This document shows positions 59,695-64,000 of a DNA stretch of 64,000 nt, piece after piece. This stretch comes from Podarcis vaucheri (Eukaryota). The notes under the pieces were generated by a model. That model was given only the letters and a program-made list of their open reading frames with translations. It ran no database searches and was not told the DNA's origin. Made by a program: the position numbers and the translations under genes. Position 1 is the stretch's first letter. The number at the start of each line of letters is the position of its first letter. The stretch lies in NCBI GenBank assembly GCA_965113315.1, contig OZ220379.1. One strand, written 5' to 3'.

Positions 59695-60435
59695 GACGTG
59701 AGAAAAGGCCTGCTATAAGGCCAAGGGCCCATCTAGTCCACCATCCTGTCTTGCAGTGGTCAACCTGATGCCCAGAGACCTTGCAAGCAGCACATAAGTG
59801 CAGCAGCTCTCTCCCTACTTGTGCTGCCCAGCCTCTGGCAGTGGAGGCAGAACACAGGCACCATGGCTAGCAGCCTCATCCTCCATGAATGTGTCTAATC
59901 TTCTTTTAAAGCCACCCAAGTCAGTGGCCATCACTGCTGTTTTTTAAAAAAATAATATAAAAATTTATTGATATAAACACATACAAAATACTGTAAAAGT
60001 AATAAGTGTAACCAAAATAAATACATGCAGATAGAAAAAATAAAATGAGGTGGAACAGGGGGTTTAGTGGGCTGTTCAACTGAGTTAACATAGGGAAAAA
60101 GGCTTATACCATGTTGGGGGGAAATATCTGCTTTTAATGAACCGTTATGGACTCTCCGTTTGTGTGTCAAATATTCTGGCAGTGCAATGTCCCATACTTG
60201 TGCTAGCCACTTCTCTTGGGAAGGAGTTGGACTTCCAATGGGAGGTCACCAACAATCTGGCTGAAGCAAGAAGCATAAATACAAGAGGTTTGTGCTACTT
60301 CTCACGGAGCAAATTCCCTAGTTTAGCTATGAACTGTGTGAAGAAGTACTTTCTTTTGCCTGTCCCAAATCTTCCAACATTTAGCTTCATTGGGTGGTAC
60401 CAAGTTCCATTGTTACGAGACAGGAAGAAAAACTT
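59695..60435 (-). mobile_element. CR1 3' fragment, interrupted at ~59940-60290
   Basis: HPMKLNVGRFGTGKRKYFFTQ in ORF 60295..60750; the 3' UTR is homologous to the 2066-2350 copy. Confidence 0.72.
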
Positions 60436-62041
60436 CAGGTGTTTTTTCCCTCTCTCAGGAAACTGAGATGTGGCAAAATTAGCCACTGGCTGTAAGGAGG
60501 GGGGCCAGAACAGAGATGGGAAATCTTGGGTCTGCCAGCTAATGCAGCCCTCAAGCCCTCTCTCTCCAGCTCTTGGGATTCTCCCCAGCCCGTGGCTCAA
60601 TTGACAAACCATGAGCCTTCTCCACAGGCTACAAATCACAACATCCCCCTCCTTGAATCCTTCTACCTGGCTGGAATGTGTCCCTGTATTATGAAGCTCT
60701 CTGGTAAAGAAGGCAAAACTTGCTGTTTTCCTTTTACATCCATAATTCAATGGTGATCAAATATTCAATCTCTGGAAAGCCCCTGCTTCCATTCAGTACA
60801 GTGCAATTGTTCTTGGTTTTTGTTACTTTGAATTTCCTGGCATGTTCTGTATTTTGTACATTTGTACATCAAATGTTCTCTATTTTTATGTTTTGAATGT
60901 CTGCTGTAAGCCGCTTTGGGCACAGCTCATTGTAGAAAAGTGGTGTATAAGTGAAACAGACTGATCCATCCTCATTGTATACATTGCAGCAGCCTTTGGC
61001 TATAAGCAATAAACTTGACTGGCTGACTGACTGACTGACTGACCCATCCATCTTGCCTATCTGAATGAAGAAATGGAAAGGTGTGAGAAAATCTCTTAGT
61101 TTCACCTGGAATGTAGCCTACAGTACAAAGAGTCACATCAACTGATCTGTTCACTTTTGCCTCTTGCCCCACCAACCCTTCAAAGGTTCCCCAGGAGGGA
61201 ATGCAGGTTCTCACCTTGGTGAAGTTGGCTGCTATTTATTCACTTACTTCCAGCAGCACAAAAATCCCTCGGCCTGGCACAAAGTTTTGGAGCTACTGAT
61301 CTAGACCAACTGAAAAGCACACAGAGTCATGGCTATGGTGAATAACATTCTAAAATTAAATGCAGCTCAGAAGCACACTATTCTATCAATTTCCATTATT
61401 CCTGAACACACATACACACACTACTACTATTTTCCTACAAGAAAAATGTGAACTGTTCTGATACCCTCTCATCAATCTGGTTTCCTGGTGTGCTAATTGA
61501 GCCAGAAGCAGAATACTGATACCTCTATTCACATAGAGACACTTCAGAAGCAGAAAGTATTATTTACATTAATATCATGCCCACACTTATTCTACTGAGG
61601 ATGCCAAAGGTCTCGGGAGGCAACCCTTACAGACAAACACTCAGCCACGAGCTCCCTCCAGGCCCCTTGTTTTCCTAAGGTCAAAGCATCCAGCTCCCTT
61701 CATTTTTCTTTAATTTGCAGCTGCTAAGCACGAAACCTAAGCACCAAAGCCTCCCAGGAGCAGCATGGAGACCTTCAACAAGAGCAGTCTCTTTCAGGGG
61801 CATGCATGCAACACTCTATCCCAGAGCCAGCGTTAGTCCCAGGCACACAGCCCAAGACATACCCAAATAAACTAAAATTCCTGACCAAGTTACAGTCAAT
61901 GATATTCCAAGATACGCAGGAGTGAAATCCAACTGGTGTCCTCAGGCTCACAGAAGTTATTTTCATCCAGCAAGTTATTCATTGGTTTATTCCATTTCTG
62001 TCCTAGCCTTCCTCTAGGGCAGCTCTGCTAATACTTCCTGG

Positions 62042-62495
62042 TGTCAGGTGTGCGTGCAGGAGCCAGGCCCTGTGACCGGTAGGGCTTCGCAGGATTGGGG
62101 CCTTCCTAAGTTTGTTCTGAAGAGGCAAGTCGCGGCCGCACAGGTGAGGCCAGTTGGTAACTCACTGCACCTGGTGGCAAGAGCTGGGAAGGGATATAAG
62201 GTCAGCATTTCCCTTCAGCAATTTTGCCACAGCAACACGTTCCCTGCCTTCTTGTGCCTTGATACTCGGACCCCTGCCTTCATGACTCCTTGCTCCTTGA
62301 TCCTCAGACCCCTGCCTTCGTGACTCCTTGCTTCTTGACCCTTGGCTTTGCGGCTCCCAGCTCTCTGACCCTCGAACCCTTGGCTTCCCAACTCCAGGCT
62401 TCTGGACTCCCGTTCCTCCTCCCACCTCGCCATTTTGCCCCCGTTCCTGACATCACCAGCCGGTACCTCAATCGCCCATGAACTGGACCGTGACA
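62042..62495 (+). mobile_element. Solo LTR, 454 bp
   Basis: TGTCA...TGACA termini, flanks CCTGG/GCTGG (5-bp TSD, one mismatch), GATATAAG TATA-like box at ~62193 and internal pyrimidine-rich direct repeats. Confidence 0.75.
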
Positions 62496-62792
62496 GCTGG
62501 AACCCCCTGAAGGTTGACTGACACGCCAGCATAGGATGGAAGGCAGTGGTGGGGCTGCAAGGGGAATGGCAGAAAATGCCTCCCTTCCTCTTCTGTTAGT
62601 GGAGGTGTCTGCTGTATCCAAATCCTTCCATGAGCTTAAGGATACCAGCTGGAATCCACCCAAGGTTTGTGAGCCATGCCCAGAACTCCATAAAAACATA
62701 ACAGCTGGATCAGACCAAATGTCTGTCTAGTCTAGTACTCACAGTGGCCACGCAGATGCCACATGTGGGGCATGAGTGCAATAGCACTCTCC

Positions 62793-63340
62793 CCGCATTT
62801 GAAATTCAACAGCCGCCAGGCATATTTTGCACCTGGATATCGGCCAATTGCAACCAAGATGCCTGGGTGCCAGGATGGGACCTGACATTTCCACCATTTG
62901 GTGGAAATGTTAGAAACTGGAATAGAAAAGCTAGGCGACAAATGGCTTTTGGGACCTGGGTTGTGGGCGCCAAAACATTGGGGGGGGGGGCGGTTTGCAA
63001 CACTTTTTATTTTTTATTCCGATTAGCATGAATTAATACAGTTCACCTAAATGACACATTGTTGATATCACATTTTAACAGAAATTGTTAATAAATGTTT
63101 AATTTGGTGTTTGCAATAAAAATATTGGTACCATACTTCAGTTTTCAAAACACTTTTTGTTGTTAAACTCTTTAACATATTGTCTGTCCTTAACATATAC
63201 GAGGCTTCAAAGCACATACATTTCAGGAATACCCGAGTGTCTGCCAGGCGCAGAAAATGGCACCCACTTTTTAACGTGCACACAAATGGAGGATCTTTAG
63301 GTGCAAAATATGCCTGGCACCCTGCTAATTTCGAACCCTG
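62793..63340. mobile_element. hAT-like MITE remnant
   Basis: Perfect 20-bp inverted repeat GCCAGGCATATTTTGCACCT (62815-62834) / 63299-63318; right end AATTTCGAACCCTG; left terminus and TSD degraded. Confidence 0.6.
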
Positions 63341-64000
63341 TCTGGAGGTACATGCCTGGAGATCATTAGATCTTGACTGTTTTCACACACGAGCCGCACA
63401 TCCTGTAGAATTCTATCCATTATATTTTATCTGCACAATCAGAACAAATTTGCAAGCCATCTGACCCAAACTGGCAACTAGGCATTCCATTTTTGCAACT
63501 GCAACCCTGGTTTAAGGAGCCATTTGGCACCTATCTTGTATATCTGAGTTTCTAACATTGCACTCTCCTGGAAATCCAGCCACGACTTTAAGATTCACTG
63601 CAAACAGGCAGGGAATTCTTGGCTGCACAGAACAAATCTCCAGGGGAAGATGGAAAACTTGCAAAATCCTGGTATCCGGGCTGGCCAACTGAATCAGGCT
63701 GTATTTTGTTGCCCTTTTTCCTGACCTGATCCCAGAAAAAAGTGAGGACCAGGCTAAGGGACCAACTCAGTGTAACTTATCTTATTGATTTATTTTAACA
63801 ATTTATAACCCACCTTTTCTTTTTTAAAAAAAAATAGTCCAAGACAGCTCATCTAAAGCAATATTTTAAAAATAATATTATTACAGCCAGTTCATATTGC
63901 TGCAAATCTCTTAGATCCAAGATTCAAACGTAGCATGTTAATTAAGACAGCGCTACTACTATGCTTGACTGGATTACTAAACAAACAGAGCTCTTAGGAC

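Noticed and set aside
62048-62730. ORF cluster as CNTLN exon 1
   Set aside because: It largely coincides with a solo LTR, and no ...EELALCQ|gt-like exon end was found. Exon 1 is probably beyond 64000.

Overview
Vertebrate nuclear DNA, most likely from a squamate (probably lacertid) lizard. This is inferred from Sauria-type SINEs together with CR1, L2, L1, Penelope-like and Tc1/mariner/hAT non-autonomous elements. The whole window lies inside one minus-strand gene, centlein (CNTLN). I located ten coding exons (equivalent to human exons 2-11) with canonical AG/GT boundaries and mutually consistent phases; one of them is partly hidden by an N-run. Exon 1 and exons 12+ were not found and probably lie outside the window. 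Nearly all other ORFs in the track are intronic noise or repeat-derived. Most notable observations: (1) a mariner/Tigger-type element carrying a 10-copy 113/116-bp double-hairpin minisatellite, which produces spurious 400+ aa ORFs; (2) an unidentified ORF-dense ~2.7-kb block in intron 9, a candidate fossil gene or endogenous viral element; (3) five N-runs that look like masked conserved sequence rather than repeat gaps; (4) a Penelope-type minimal hammerhead ribozyme motif; (5) a TSD-flanked retrocopied 3' UTR; (6) SINEs with two different tRNA heads on one CR1 tail; (7) a solo LTR rich in promoter, CTCF-like and octamer motifs. No prokaryotic systems or CRISPR arrays are present. All homology calls are from memory, not from searches.
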